Part shown: positions 1 through 10,269 of the stretch, one piece after another
How positions within the stretch are numbered: position 1 is the stretch's first letter
Layout: each line of letters begins with the position of its first letter
Assembly: GCA_965216655.1 (NCBI GenBank)
Contig: CBDCGP010000016.1
Coordinates: 4,031-68,030, forward strand
Origin: Acidimicrobiales bacterium
GTDB taxonomy: Bacteria; Actinomycetota; Acidimicrobiia; Acidimicrobiales; SZUA-35
Reading direction: 5' to 3'
DNA: 64,000 nt
Program-made: the position numbers and the translations under genes
The notes under the pieces: model-generated
Databases searched by the model: none
What the model saw: the letters and a program-made list of their open reading frames with translations, nothing else
Told to the model about the DNA's origin: nothing

Positions 1-288
1 GTCTCACGTTCGCAACGCTGGGCCCCGGACGGTGCCGACGCCGGGAGCTCAGCCGGTGCAATCGCCGCCCCCTTCCCGGCCGTGGTGGCCGAGATTCGGG
101 TGAAACCGGGCGACACGGTGGACGGCGGCGATGTCGTCATCGTCATCGAGGCCATGAAGATGTTGCACTCCCTCAGTGCCTCGGGCGCCGGCACGGTCGA
201 CGAGATCCGCGTCGCCGTCGGCGACCAGGTCGAATCGAAACAGATCCTCATCACGTTCCAAATCGACGAAGCAGCCGACGACGGCTGA
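1..288 (+). CDS. C-terminal biotinyl (BCCP) domain of a biotin-dependent acyl-CoA carboxylase alpha subunit; 5' end lies outside the window
   Basis: Frame 1 is open from base 1. EAMKM biotinylation motif is present (VVIVIEAMKMLHSL). Confidence 0.8.
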   Translation, partial: VSRSQRWAPDGADAGSSAGAIAAPFPAVVAEIRVKPGDTVDGGDVVIVIEAMKMLHSLSASGAGTVDEIRVAVGDQVESKQILITFQIDEAADDG

Positions 289-316
289 ACCGCATCCGCC
301 CCAAGGAGAACAGACC

Positions 317-1489
317 ATGACCGCAACCGTTTCCTCGCTGCGACACCGCAACGCCTATATGACCGATGAGCTCCAGGCCATCTACGACCAGACCGTCGAC
401 TTCGTGACCAAGGAGGTCGTGCCCAACGGCGAGGTGTGGGAGGAGGAGGGCAAGGTTCCCCGTGACGTCCTGCGCAAGATGGGTGACCTGGGCATGCTCG
501 CCCTCCGGGTTCCGGAGGAACACGGCGGGTTGGGCATGGGCATGCTGGCCTCGGCTGCGTTCTCCGAGGCGCTGGGGGCCTCGACGTTCGCCGGCTTCGA
601 CGTGACCGTGCTGGTCCACACCGACATGGCCGGCCCCCACCTCGTCAACTCAGGATCACCCGAACAGCTCGAGCAGTGGATGCCGGGTGTGCTGTCGGGT
701 GAGACGATCCTGTCGATCGGCGTGACCGAACCGGACGCCGGCTCGGATGTGGCCGGCATCCGCACCTCGGCGGTGCGCGACGGCGACGGTTGGCGCATCA
801 ACGGCACCAAGACGTTCATCACCAACGCCGTCTACGGCGACATGACGATCGTGGCGGCCAAGACCGACCCCGACAACAAGTACGGCATCACCATGTTCCT
901 CGTGCCGGCCGACGCCGAGGGTTTCACCGTGGCCAAGAAGCTCGACAAGCACGGCTGGCGCTGCTCGGACACCGCCGAACTCGTGCTCGACGACGTGTTC
1001 GTTCCCGATGATCAGGTGCTCGGCACGGTTCACCGCGGCTTCTACGAGACGATGAAGAACTTCCAGAACGAGCGCATGGTGCTGGTCGGCATGGGCGTTG
1101 GTGCGGCCCAGGCCGCCATCGATCTCACCAACGGCTACACCCAGGACCGCAAGGCGTTCGGGGGCACGTTGTTCGACCTCGGCGCCATCCGCCAGCGCAT
1201 GGCCATGAACCAGGCCAAGGTCGACGCCGTACGGGCCTCCATGTACCATGCCGCCTGGCTCGGCGACCAGGGGGTCGACAACGTCAAGGAGATGTCCGGG
1301 GTGAAGGCGTTCGGGGCCGAGGTCGTCAACCAGGTGATGTATGACTGCGTGCAGTTCCACGGCGGTATCGGCTACATGCGGGAGTCGGCCATCGAGCGGA
1401 TGTACCGTGACGCCCGCATCCTGCCCATCGGCGGCGGTGCCACCGAGGTCATGCTCGAGGAAGTGGCCAAGCGCTCGTATGTGAGCTGA
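317..1489 (+). CDS. acyl-CoA dehydrogenase
   Basis: ATG at 317 is preceded by AAGGAGA. ACAD hallmarks include GVTEPDAGSDVAGIRTSA and the C-terminal QFHGGIGY...ILPIGGGATEV. The longer ORF from 176 overlaps the upstream gene tail. Confidence 0.9.
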   Translation: MTATVSSLRHRNAYMTDELQAIYDQTVDFVTKEVVPNGEVWEEEGKVPRDVLRKMGDLGMLALRVPEEHGGLGMGMLASAAFSEALGASTFAGFDVTVLVHTDMAGPHLVNSGSPEQLEQWMPGVLSGETILSIGVTEPDAGSDVAGIRTSAVRDGDGWRINGTKTFITNAVYGDMTIVAAKTDPDNKYGITMFLVPADAEGFTVAKKLDKHGWRCSDTAELVLDDVFVPDDQVLGTVHRGFYETMKNFQNERMVLVGMGVGAAQAAIDLTNGYTQDRKAFGGTLFDLGAIRQRMAMNQAKVDAVRASMYHAAWLGDQGVDNVKEMSGVKAFGAEVVNQVMYDCVQFHGGIGYMRESAIERMYRDARILPIGGGATEVMLEEVAKRSYVS

Positions 1490-1530
1490 CCGGGATTGAT
1501 CAACTCGACGGTGCTCAGGTGCGCAGGTGC

Positions 1531-2985
1531 TCAGCCCAGCGCCGACTTGTAGGCGGCAAGCGTACGCTCCCTGGCCGCTTTATGGTCGACGATTGGTTCC
1601 GGATAGGTCTCACCGAGGGTGAGGCCGGCTGCCGCCAGTTCGAGCGGGCCGAGTTTCGACGGCTCGTGGATGGCGTCGTCGTCGAGCGCCGCCAGTTCGG
1701 GCACCCAGCGCCGGATGTAGGTGCCGTCGGGGTCGAACTTCTCCGACTGTGACGTCGGATTGAAAATGCGGAAGTACGGGGCGGCGTCGGGGCCGGTGCC
1801 CGCCACCCACTGCCAGTTGCCGCCGTTTTGCGCCGGTTCACCGTCGACCAGTAGGCGCCGGAAGTGCCGTTCGCCCTCCCGCCAGTCGATCAGCAGGTCC
1901 TTGACCAGGAAGCTGCCGCAGACCATTCGGACCCGGTTGTGCATCCACCCGGTCTGGGCCAGTTGCCGCATGCCGGCGTCGACCAGTGGGTAGCCGGTGC
2001 GGCCCTCCTTCCACGCCTCCAGTTCGTCGGGGGCCGATCGCCAGCGGATCCGCTCGTAGTCGGGTCGGAGCGCTTCGTAGGGGAGCCGGGGCTGTTCGGC
2101 CAGGGTGTGGGCCCACCAGTCCCGCCAGGCGAGTTGGCGCACGAACGCCGCCCGCCCCGGTGAATGGGTGCCGACGACATCGAGAACGGCCCGGGCGGCC
2201 AGCGTGCCGAATCGGAGATCGGCCGACAGGCGTGACGTGCCCTCGACGCCGGGGATGTCGTGGGTGTCGGGATACTCGTCGACACGGTCGAGCCACTCGT
2301 TGAGGCGGTCCCAGGCCGCCTTCTCCCCGGCCGCCTGGTACAGGTCGACGTCAGGGTCGGCTTTCGGTGGATCGATGCTCGTGGCCACCACGATCTCAAC
2401 GTCGCCCGGCTCGGGCCAGGGAGTCATCGCGGTGTCTTTCCAGCGCCGATGGAAGGGGCTGAACACCTGAGACAGCCCTCCGGCCTTCGTGAGCACGGAG
2501 CCGGGTTCGTGGACGACGTTGCCGTGGTGGGTCTCGACGACGACGGACGAACTCCTCGTGGCAACTGCATCGGCCACGGCGTCGTCACGCCTCCGGGCGA
2601 ACGAGGAGTAGTCGGCGTTGTAGTGGAGCGCCGAGGCGTCCGTCTCGTCGAGCAGGCTGACGATGGCCTCCGGTGCCGGTCCGGGGCGAATCGTCAGACG
2701 ACCTCCGAGTTCGGCCAGGGATCGGTCCAAGGCATCGACATGACCGAGCAGCTGGCGGCGTCGGTGCGGCCCCGCCGCCGACACCAGGCCGGGTTCGATC
2801 ACGAAGAGCGCGATCAGGCGATCGTGGTGAGCGGTGGCGGCCGCCCAGGCCGGGTTGTCCTGGATCCGCAGGTCTCGTCGGAACCAAACGATCGCCGGCT
2901 GGTCAGGGTCTGGCCGGAGCCCAGGTGATCTGGATGGCTGGTCGGGGCCGGTCTGACCGGTTTCTTGTTCCGGAGTGGAGGACAT
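1531..2985 (-). CDS. phr: deoxyribodipyrimidine photolyase / cryptochrome family
   Basis: N-terminal [16 protein letters not shown] and the FAD-binding signature [20 protein letters not shown]. The start could be 2985 or 3009. Confidence 0.85.
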   Translation of the reverse strand: MSSTPEQETGQTGPDQPSRSPGLRPDPDQPAIVWFRRDLRIQDNPAWAAATAHHDRLIALFVIEPGLVSAAGPHRRRQLLGHVDALDRSLAELGGRLTIRPGPAPEAIVSLLDETDASALHYNADYSSFARRRDDAVADAVATRSSSVVVETHHGNVVHEPGSVLTKAGGLSQVFSPFHRRWKDTAMTPWPEPGDVEIVVATSIDPPKADPDVDLYQAAGEKAAWDRLNEWLDRVDEYPDTHDIPGVEGTSRLSADLRFGTLAARAVLDVVGTHSPGRAAFVRQLAWRDWWAHTLAEQPRLPYEALRPDYERIRWRSAPDELEAWKEGRTGYPLVDAGMRQLAQTGWMHNRVRMVCGSFLVKDLLIDWREGERHFRRLLVDGEPAQNGGNWQWVAGTGPDAAPYFRIFNPTSQSEKFDPDGTYIRRWVPELAALDDDAIHEPSKLGPLELAAAGLTLGETYPEPIVDHKAARERTLAAYKSALG

Positions 2986-3538
2986 GGCGGGAGAACATGA
3001 ACATACCACCGGCTCGGCCGGTCAAAACGATCTCGTCGCGATGTCCGTCGAGGTTTCCGCTCTGGCGCTGCAGATCGGGTCGGCGATGACTGCCCGGTAT
3101 CAGGCGGGTGGCTCCGTTCTCGGGCGTGAAGTCGACCAGCGGCATGATGCCGGTGACACCTCTGGTCTGATCGACGTCGGACAACGGCAGGTCGTCGGCG
3201 TGGAGTTTCTGCGCCCCGAAGCCGGGGAATGGGCAGCGGAACGTCGCCTCTCCGACAACACCGGAGGGGCCGAGAATGCCGTGTACCGCCTCGACGACGC
3301 GTGGATGGGTGAGAATGCGGTCGACGAGATCCGGCAAGCGGTCGGCGAGATCGACGAGGCGGCGCGTTCCGGACCACGGTTTGTCTCCGGTTCGTTCGTC
3401 GTCACCGATGTCGACCAACCGTTCCAGGCAGTCCTCGGCCAACGTCGCCGCGTCGGCGGGCGAGATGATGTCGGGCAGGTAGGTCCAGCCGGCGTCGTCG
3501 GCGAACACGATCGGGTCGAATGACGTGGTTGTGGACAT
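2903..3538 (-). CDS. phytanoyl-CoA dioxygenase (PhyH) family Fe(II)/2-oxoglutarate oxygenase
   Basis: HADD ... GATRLIPGSHRRP pattern. The MSTTTSF start at 3538 was chosen over the upstream extension. Confidence 0.7.
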   Translation of the reverse strand: MSTTTSFDPIVFADDAGWTYLPDIISPADAATLAEDCLERLVDIGDDERTGDKPWSGTRRLVDLADRLPDLVDRILTHPRVVEAVHGILGPSGVVGEATFRCPFPGFGAQKLHADDLPLSDVDQTRGVTGIMPLVDFTPENGATRLIPGSHRRPDLQRQSGNLDGHRDEIVLTGRAGGMFMFSRHVLHSGTRNRSDRPRPAIQITWAPARP

Positions 3539-3645
3539 GGCTCGTCGTCCTGGTTCGCCTCGTCGGGTATGACACTCTATGATCGCCATCCGATAGGTCT
3601 GAATCAACCGGATTTCGTACCGGCTGAGGAAGGAGACGGTGACCA

Positions 3646-4437
3646 ATGGCCCTCTTGCCCGGTTATGAGACGATCGAGGTCGAGGTCGATGAGGCTGTTG
3701 GCCGTGTGACCCTCAATCGGCCGGCGAAGCTGAACCCTCTGAGCGCTGCCACCCTGTTGGAGCTGGTTGACGCGTTCTCGGCGCTCGACCGGGTCGACGG
3801 TCTCAAGGTGGTGGTCGTGTCCGGTCGCGGTCGGGCGTTCTCGGCCGGGGCCGATCTGGACTTCTTCGATGCGACCCCCGCGGACGGCGGTCTCGATCCG
3901 CGATCGGCCGCTGATGCCGGGCGGTTGATGGTCGAGTCCTTGGAGCGGCTTGGTGCGGTGACGATCGCGGCGATCCGCGGTCACTGCGTCGGTGGTGGAG
4001 TGGTCTTGGCGGCCGGCTGTGACCTGCGGGTGGCAGCCGGTGACACGCGGTTCTCCATACCGGAGGTCGACCTCGGCATTCCGCTGGCCTGGGGCGGCAT
4101 ACCCCGCCTGGTTCGTGAGATCGGTCCGGCGATGACCAAGGAACTGGTCATGACCTGTCGGCCGTTCGACGCCGAGGAGGCCCGGGCCCTCGGCTTCGTC
4201 AATCGCGTCGTTCCCGACGACGAACTCAGCGCCGAGGTCGACGCGCTGGTGTCGCACTTGACGGCCAAGTCGACGCTGACACTCCGGGCCACCAAGCGGC
4301 ACGTCAACGCCGTGACCGAATCGATGTCGGGCGCGGTTCGAAACTGGAACGACGCCGACAGCCTGGTCGTCGCACTCCACGACGAGGAGTCGCGAGCTGC
4401 GGCGTCGGTCTACCTCGACCGGATCCGTAGCGACTGA
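3646..4437 (+). CDS. enoyl-CoA hydratase/isomerase (crotonase) family
   Basis: VGRVTLNRPAKLNPL ... GRGRAFSAGADL oxyanion-hole motif. Confidence 0.9.
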   Translation: MALLPGYETIEVEVDEAVGRVTLNRPAKLNPLSAATLLELVDAFSALDRVDGLKVVVVSGRGRAFSAGADLDFFDATPADGGLDPRSAADAGRLMVESLERLGAVTIAAIRGHCVGGGVVLAAGCDLRVAAGDTRFSIPEVDLGIPLAWGGIPRLVREIGPAMTKELVMTCRPFDAEEARALGFVNRVVPDDELSAEVDALVSHLTAKSTLTLRATKRHVNAVTESMSGAVRNWNDADSLVVALHDEESRAAASVYLDRIRSD

Positions 4438-4664
4438 GGTCGCATCTCAAACTGGGTGATAGTTCCTATATATCGACCGTTGTCGCAGGCTTTTGGATGA
4501 ATCTTTACCTTGGTTGTCTCACCATTGGCTGGTAAATCCTTGAGGTTCCTTCTGCCTCCTGTTAGGTTGAGCCCTGGTCCGGGCGGGGCGGCGCCGTATG
4601 GCATCGAATAGTTGACGGGCCACTGATCCAATTAACAACTATCACCAGGCGGGCAAGGAGCAAA

Positions 4665-5381
4665 ATGTCACGTAAACCAATCACCCGGATTGTCACGGCG
4701 ATCGGGGTCGTCCTCGGACTGCTCGGCACGCTTGTCGCCTTCGGCATGATGAACGCCAGTGCGGCTCAGAATCCTCACCCCGACTACCTGGTCAACATCA
4801 TCGGTGTCGACAACCCCAAGAACGCCGACCTCGATGACAGCAGCCGGCGGACCATCTTCGTCAACCTCGAGGGTCTTTCGAAAATCAACCTCGTCGAGGG
4901 TGACTTCCAGGTCATCGACGGCAACGGCACCGATCGCGACGGTGCAACCTTCGCTCTCCCCGATCCCGATGTGGATGGTGATGGTGTCCTCGACGGAGCC
5001 TACGAGGTGTACGTCCGGCCGCTTGGAACCCCAGGCGGATCCGCCGTCATCTCGACCTGCGCAGAGCTTCTCTATCTCGGCCTGGAGTCGGAACTGTCGG
5101 GCCGCAACCGCCGGTCACTGCTCGAACCCGACGCCTACTGCACGCTCGAGGAGTACAACGTCGTCTTGGAGCGCAAGAAGGGCAAGTCCGATTGGGGCAA
5201 CGTGACCACCGAGTTGCTGACGGTCGCGTTCGAGATCAACATTTACGACGAGAACGGGAACATCAGTGGAACCGAAATCATCGAGATCCCGATCTTCGAC
5301 GATCGCCTCGAGGGCGAGTTCTGGGAGTACAACAACGACGGTCTGCGACTGGTGCAGGTTCGTTTCACGCTGACCGACTGA
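4665..5381 (+). CDS. secreted hypothetical protein (signal peptide, acidic, no recognisable family)
   Basis: N-terminal RIVTAIGVVLGLLGTLVAFGMMNASAAQ. RBS AAGGAG lies upstream. Codon usage and flanks are visibly AT-richer than the neighbours. Confidence 0.6.
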   Translation: MSRKPITRIVTAIGVVLGLLGTLVAFGMMNASAAQNPHPDYLVNIIGVDNPKNADLDDSSRRTIFVNLEGLSKINLVEGDFQVIDGNGTDRDGATFALPDPDVDGDGVLDGAYEVYVRPLGTPGGSAVISTCAELLYLGLESELSGRNRRSLLEPDAYCTLEEYNVVLERKKGKSDWGNVTTELLTVAFEINIYDENGNISGTEIIEIPIFDDRLEGEFWEYNNDGLRLVQVRFTLTD

Positions 5382-5417
5382 AGAAGTAAGCCGGTAGGCC
5401 CGCGGCGTTCCTGATTG

Positions 5418-5453
5418 ACGGGGAGGACTTCGGTCCTCCCCGTTTCCGATTTT
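5418..5453. terminator. GC-rich hairpin terminator between convergent genes
   Basis: acggggaggac-ttcg-gtcctccccgt is followed by ttccgatttt. It sits between the stop at 5381 (+) and the stop at 5472 (-). Confidence 0.7.
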
Positions 5454-5471
5454 GCGGGAAGCGTCGGTCGG

Positions 5472-6212
5472 TCACTGGAGGCTTCGGGTGGCGCCGCCGT
5501 CGACAGCCAGTGCCTGACCGGTGAGAAATCGCGCATGTTCGGAGCAGAGGAAGGCGACGATCCGCCCGAAGTCCTGCGGATCGCCCAACATGTTGGCCGG
5601 TACTGTTTCCGCCAGTTCGTCGATGTTGTCATAGATCGATCTGAGCCGGTCGGTGAGGTGAAGGCCGGGCTGTATCGAGTTGACGGTGACGCCGTCACCT
5701 GCGACCTCCCGGGCCGTCGTCTTGAGGAAGGCGGTGAGGCCGGCGCGGGCGGTGTTGGAGAGGATCAGACGGTCGATCGGCTCCCGAACCGAGGTGGAGG
5801 TGATGGCCACGACCCGACCCCAACCTCGCTCCTGCATGGCCGGCACGAACCGTTTGCACAGGTCGACGGTCGGTAGGAGGTTGAGGTCGACGGCATCGGC
5901 GTAGGCATCGAAGTCGGTCGACGCGAAGTTCCCGGCCGGCGGTCCACCGCCGTTGGCGATGATGATGTCGATGTGGCCCAGCGCGTCCTGCGCCTCGTCC
6001 ATCATCGACCGACGGCCGGCCAGATCGCTGACGTCGGCGGCAATCGTGACGGCTCCGGGAACGGACTCGGCCGCGGTCGCCAGCTTGTCCTCGGATCTGG
6101 ACGACAACGCCACCGTCACCCCCTCGGCCGCCAGCGCCTGGGCGCAGGCCAATCCCAGTCCAGCCGATGCCCCTGTCACCAGCGCGGTCCGTCCGTTGAT
6201 ACCGAGATCCAT
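5472..6212 (-). CDS. short-chain dehydrogenase/reductase (SDR)
   Basis: TALVTGASAGLGLA Rossmann motif and typical SDR length. Confidence 0.9.
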   Translation of the reverse strand: MDLGINGRTALVTGASAGLGLACAQALAAEGVTVALSSRSEDKLATAAESVPGAVTIAADVSDLAGRRSMMDEAQDALGHIDIIIANGGGPPAGNFASTDFDAYADAVDLNLLPTVDLCKRFVPAMQERGWGRVVAITSTSVREPIDRLILSNTARAGLTAFLKTTAREVAGDGVTVNSIQPGLHLTDRLRSIYDNIDELAETVPANMLGDPQDFGRIVAFLCSEHARFLTGQALAVDGGATRSLQ

Positions 6213-6219
6213 GGCGACC

Positions 6220-7017
6220 TCAGGACGCTGGTTCGAGCGAGGTGGTGACGGTGCCGAGCGGCCCGAAGTCGGCCTCGACCCGGTCGCCGGGCCCGATCGC
6301 CTTCATGGCCCCGAGGGAGCCGGTCATCAACACGTCACCGGCTCGCAGCGGGATACCGCGGGCCGACAGGGTGTCGGCCAGCCAACGGGCGGCGTTGAGC
6401 GGATGATGGAGGCAGTCCGAGCCAACACCGGTGGTCACCTCGGTTCCGTTGATCGACATCGTCATGGGCACGGTCCGCAGATCGAAGTTGTCGAGCGTGA
6501 CCGGCCGCCCACCGAGGACGTAGAGCCCACAACTGGCGTTGTCGGCGACCGTGTCGACGATGGTGATGTCCCAGTTGGCGATGCGGGAGTCGACGATCTC
6601 GATCGACGGTAGGGCATACGCGGTGGCGGCGATGATGTCGTTGAACGTGTGCCGACCGTGGTCGAGGTCGCGGTCGAGTATCAGGGCCACCTCGGCTTCC
6701 GCCCGAGGCTGGATGAGCCGACCGGTTTCGATCGGAACGCCATCGCCGTACTCCATGTCGGCGAACAACGTGCCGAAGTCGGGCTGGTCGACTCCGATCA
6801 TGTCCATGACCGCCTTGGCCGTGACGCCGATCTTGCGGCCGCTGACCCGGCGCCCGGCGGCGATGTCGGCTTCGGTGTTGAGGTCCTGGATGGCGTAGCC
6901 GACGTCGATGTCGGAGTCGGTTCCGACGATGGATCGGATCGGATCGATGGCGGTCAACGATTCCGACGCCTTGCGGAGCGCCAGGGCCGCCTCCTCGATG
7001 AGGTTCTGTTCAACCAT
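6220..7017 (-). CDS. 2-keto-4-pentenoate (2-oxopent-4-enoate) hydratase family (MhpD/XylJ-like)
   Basis: GRKIGVTAKAVMDMIGVDQPDFGTLFADMEYGDG and RAEAEVALILDRDL are typical of MhpD. The MVEQ start at 7017 overlaps the upstream tautomerase stop. Confidence 0.85.
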   Translation of the reverse strand: MVEQNLIEEAALALRKASESLTAIDPIRSIVGTDSDIDVGYAIQDLNTEADIAAGRRVSGRKIGVTAKAVMDMIGVDQPDFGTLFADMEYGDGVPIETGRLIQPRAEAEVALILDRDLDHGRHTFNDIIAATAYALPSIEIVDSRIANWDITIVDTVADNASCGLYVLGGRPVTLDNFDLRTVPMTMSINGTEVTTGVGSDCLHHPLNAARWLADTLSARGIPLRAGDVLMTGSLGAMKAIGPGDRVEADFGPLGTVTTSLEPAS

Positions 7018-7264
7018 CGGATGATCCTCCGTTCGCCTGCTGGGTCTCGGCGGTCGCGGCCGCAGCCGCGGCGCGAGCCTGCTTGTCGGCCAGCAGTTCA
7101 CCGCCGGCCATGTAGTCGAGGTTGGACATCTCGCTGATCCAGACCCGGACCGTCTCGCGCGGGGCGCCGAGGGTGTCGACGACCGCGTCGGTGATCGACT
7201 CCATCAACGCCTTCTTCTGCTCCGGGCTGCGGCCGGAGCCCATGTGGATGTTGATCAGCGGCAT
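7010..7264 (-). CDS. 4-oxalocrotonate tautomerase family protein with Ala-rich C-terminal tail
   Basis: Starts M-P-LINIH (catalytic Pro-1). The core is about 60 aa, followed by a ...KQARAAAAAATAE tail. Confidence 0.85.
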   Translation of the reverse strand: MPLINIHMGSGRSPEQKKALMESITDAVVDTLGAPRETVRVWISEMSNLDYMAGGELLADKQARAAAAAATAETQQANGGSSDG

Positions 7265-7278
7265 GGATTGCTCCTGTC

Positions 7279-8061
7279 TCAGATGGCGGTGACGGACACG
7301 TCGCCCAGTACGGAATATCGGGCCGTGGCCTGTGTGCCGGCGGTGAACGGTTTGGCGTCGGTGACGGCTCCGGCGAGGACGTGCCAACCGGCTTCGAGCT
7401 TTAGGCCGGCTTTGCCGACGTGGTTGGCCAGATGAGCGACACACGTCGCGGGGTCGCCGAGTAGCGCCGCACCGGTCGCCTCGCCGACCTGCTCGCCGTT
7501 CAGATCGAACCAGCAGTCGATGGTGGCCAGATCCTGATCGCGGGGGCCGATTCCGTCGCTGCCGAGCACCACCCGGGCGGCGGAGGTGTTGTCGGCGATG
7601 ACGTCGGGCAGGGTGAAGGAGAAGGCCTCGTAGCGGGAGTCGATGATCTCGATTCCGCCGACCACCGTCGCCGTGGCGTCGAGCACATCATCCGCCGTGA
7701 CGCCCGGACCGGCCAAGTCCTCGGCCAGCACGAAAACCAGCTCGGGTTCGCACCGCGGGTGGATCAACTCGTCGAGGGCGACCTCACCCCCGCTGGCCAC
7801 CACGGTCGAGGCCGGTACCCAGCCGTAGACGGGCTCCGAAACGCCCATCTGTTCCTGTTTGGCCACGGAGGTCAGACCGAGTTTGGCCCCCGCCATGGTG
7901 TCTCCCCGTCCCAGTTGGAGTTCCAACAGGGCGGCCTGGATGGCGTAGGCGTCGTCGATCGACAGTTCGTCGACCTGCTTGGTGATGGCCTGGAGTTCTC
8001 GTCGTTCGTCGACACCGGCGGCCAGATAGGCGGCCCAGTTGGCGTGGTCGATTGTGGTCAT
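7279..8061 (-). CDS. 4-oxalocrotonate decarboxylase / 2-oxopent-4-enoate hydratase family (XylI/MhpD-like)
   Basis: AGAKLGLTSVAKQEQMGVSEPVYGWV ... RCEPELVFVL. Paralogous to 6220..7017. Confidence 0.8.
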   Translation of the reverse strand: MTTIDHANWAAYLAAGVDERRELQAITKQVDELSIDDAYAIQAALLELQLGRGDTMAGAKLGLTSVAKQEQMGVSEPVYGWVPASTVVASGGEVALDELIHPRCEPELVFVLAEDLAGPGVTADDVLDATATVVGGIEIIDSRYEAFSFTLPDVIADNTSAARVVLGSDGIGPRDQDLATIDCWFDLNGEQVGEATGAALLGDPATCVAHLANHVGKAGLKLEAGWHVLAGAVTDAKPFTAGTQATARYSVLGDVSVTAI

Positions 8062-8078
8062 GACATCTCCGATGTGAT

Positions 8079-8861
8079 GTGGATGGACGGGTGCCCGGCG
8101 AGTTGACTGGTGCCGTGGACCATTCGCTCGAGGAACTGAATGATCGCGCCGTGCCGGGCCGGGAGCGACACCGTATCGGTCGCTGGGTGCTGCGTGCCGA
8201 TCGCGGCGCAACAGACCGCGCCAACAGCGTATGGCCGAGCGGTCATCCCGGCCAATCGCTCATGGCCGCGGTCGATGACGTCGAAGCCTGGTACCGGGCC
8301 CGCGGCCTGCGTCCGTGCTTCATGCTGTACGGCGGTGCCGACACGGGCCTCACTGCTGAGCTCGACGGTCGCGGCTATGTGGCCCACAGCCACACCCTGG
8401 TGTTGACCGGTGCGCTCGAGACGGTGATGGCCGAGCTGGACGCCGCGGGGGACGTGTCGCCATGGACGGTAACCGTCGAGGCCGGGCCGAGCACGGCGTC
8501 GAGGGCGCTCATGGGCGACGACGACCGTATGGCCGAGGTGACGGCCACAGCGCTCGACCAGCGATTCGTGACCGTGCTCGACAAGACCGGGGAACTCCTC
8601 GGCGGCGGCTTCACCACGATCGACGGACCGTGGTGCGGTCTGTTCGCCATGAAGACGGTGCCTTCCGCTCGCCGCCGGGGTGTGGCGTCGGTCGTCATGA
8701 TCGAGTTGGCTCGCGCCGCCACGGCCATTGGAGCGACACAGGCTTGGCTTCAGGTGGCTGTCGACAACTCCGCCGCCGTTGCCCTGTATCGACGGGCCGG
8801 GTTCGGTGACTCGAACCACTACCACTATCGGGCCGCCCCCGAACGGGAGCGGTCCCGGTAG
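8079..8861 (+). CDS. GNAT family N-acetyltransferase (two-domain type)
   Basis: WVLRADRGATDRANSV N-domain and C-terminal acetyl-CoA site RRRGVASVVM...AVALYRRAGF. The start is uncertain (GTG 8079). Confidence 0.7.
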   Translation: MDGRVPGELTGAVDHSLEELNDRAVPGRERHRIGRWVLRADRGATDRANSVWPSGHPGQSLMAAVDDVEAWYRARGLRPCFMLYGGADTGLTAELDGRGYVAHSHTLVLTGALETVMAELDAAGDVSPWTVTVEAGPSTASRALMGDDDRMAEVTATALDQRFVTVLDKTGELLGGGFTTIDGPWCGLFAMKTVPSARRRGVASVVMIELARAATAIGATQAWLQVAVDNSAAVALYRRAGFGDSNHYHYRAAPERERSR

Positions 8862-8907
8862 TGGAGGGGCCGTCGGCCACCTGATTCGTCGAACCGGGTC
8901 GGCCCCA

Positions 8908-10170
8908 TCAGGTTTCGGACAGGTTCTGGCGGTTGGCCTCGGCGTTGCGGTGCAGCTGTTTCATCTCGTCGGCCTGTGGGCTGTAGCGCATCGATCCGTT
9001 GTCGATCCAGTCGATGGCGAACTCCGCACCGCGGCCGAACTTCGAGCGCTCCAGCGGCAGCTTGATGACATCGTGAGGTTCGCGCACGACGGCGACCGGC
9101 GGGTCGTCACCGTTGCGCACGGCGTCCATGCCCTCGCGGTACATCCGCCGGCATGCCACCACACCGACGTCGCTCTTGGTCAGCTTCTCGTTGGTGCGGT
9201 CGGCGACGTCGCCCTGGGTGACCCAGGCCATGATGTCCTGACCCTCGATGTAGTCGACGATGAAGGTGCCGTCATCACGTTTCCACTGATACTCGTAGTC
9301 GACGGTCGGCGGATTCTCGGGTAGCTCGGCCCCGTCGGGGGCGTGCACGGTGTAGAAGAGCATCCAGGTGTGGGTGTCGTCGATCGGCACCCGGATCTGC
9401 ATCTGGTAGACACCGTTGCCGCCGACCCACATGCAGTAGGGGAAAACGAGCGGATGTCCGATCTTCCAGTCGTCGTCGTCCTCGCTCTGGCCCTCGAGCA
9501 GGCGGCGCTTGATTATGCCGTGCTCGAAGGGATCGAACGCGACCTTCTCGTGTTTGTTGCCGCCGAACGAGCCGGGCATCGGTGTGCCCTGCTGCTCGGC
9601 GATGAACTCGAAATAGTTTCCGTGGAGAGCCTCGACGTGGTAGGGGTCGACGGCGTTCTCCATGATCTGGAGCCAGCTGCACGGCAGGACGGAGTGCCCG
9701 ATGTCTCGGATCCCGTCCATGACGTAGGCCTCGTAGCGGGGGAGCTCCGGAGCGGGATCCTTCCCGATGTAGGCCCAGATCAGACCGCCCATCTCCCTGG
9801 CCTGTCCCGCCGGGATGCCGCAACTCTCACGGAACTTGGGGGAGGACCCGGGTTCGGCCAGGATGTCGGTGCAGTTGCCGCCGGTGTCGAACTTCCAGCC
9901 GTGGTAGCCGCAGCGGAGCCCGTCGGGTTCGACGATTCCGTAGACCATCGAGGCCCCACGGTGGGGGCACCGCTCGGCGACGATGCCATAGCCTCCGTCG
10001 CCGGTCTTGAACACGGCCCAGTTCTCACCGAGCAGCCGGGCCTTCCGGACCGGGAACTCGTCGAGTTCACGGGTGATCGCCACCGGGTACCAGTAGTGGC
10101 GGAGGAGCTCGCCCATCGGTGTGCCCGGCCCGACCTGAGTGAGCTCGTCGTTCTGTTCTTGGGTGAGCAT
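8908..10170 (-). CDS. Rieske [2Fe-2S] non-heme-iron oxygenase, alpha-only (phthalate/KshA-like class)
   Basis: CPHRGASM...CGYHGWKF Rieske motif and NAVDPYHVEALHG mononuclear-iron motif. No beta subunit, ferredoxin or reductase lies adjacent. Confidence 0.9.
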   Translation of the reverse strand: MLTQEQNDELTQVGPGTPMGELLRHYWYPVAITRELDEFPVRKARLLGENWAVFKTGDGGYGIVAERCPHRGASMVYGIVEPDGLRCGYHGWKFDTGGNCTDILAEPGSSPKFRESCGIPAGQAREMGGLIWAYIGKDPAPELPRYEAYVMDGIRDIGHSVLPCSWLQIMENAVDPYHVEALHGNYFEFIAEQQGTPMPGSFGGNKHEKVAFDPFEHGIIKRRLLEGQSEDDDDWKIGHPLVFPYCMWVGGNGVYQMQIRVPIDDTHTWMLFYTVHAPDGAELPENPPTVDYEYQWKRDDGTFIVDYIEGQDIMAWVTQGDVADRTNEKLTKSDVGVVACRRMYREGMDAVRNGDDPPVAVVREPHDVIKLPLERSKFGRGAEFAIDWIDNGSMRYSPQADEMKQLHRNAEANRQNLSET

Positions 10171-10269
10171 GATGTCCTCGAGTTCTGTTCGTCGGCTACG
10201 TGTCTTGGGATTCTGTGCCTGTCAGCTCCAGGTTCTTGGAGCTGACAGGCGCAGAACGTGGTGGATGGG

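Noticed and set aside
2903-3009. Roughly 83-107 nt overlap between the PhyH-like gene 3' end and the photolyase 5' end.
   Set aside because: This is most likely a start-codon choice problem for the photolyase, whose conserved core begins about 40 codons in. I could not identify an alternative start with confidence, so it is not reported as a real overlap feature.
8062-8078. 17-bp divergent spacing between the decarboxylase start (8061) and the GNAT start (8079), as an unusual shared promoter.
   Set aside because: The GNAT start is uncertain. A downstream start would give a normal intergenic region, so the tight spacing may be an annotation artefact.
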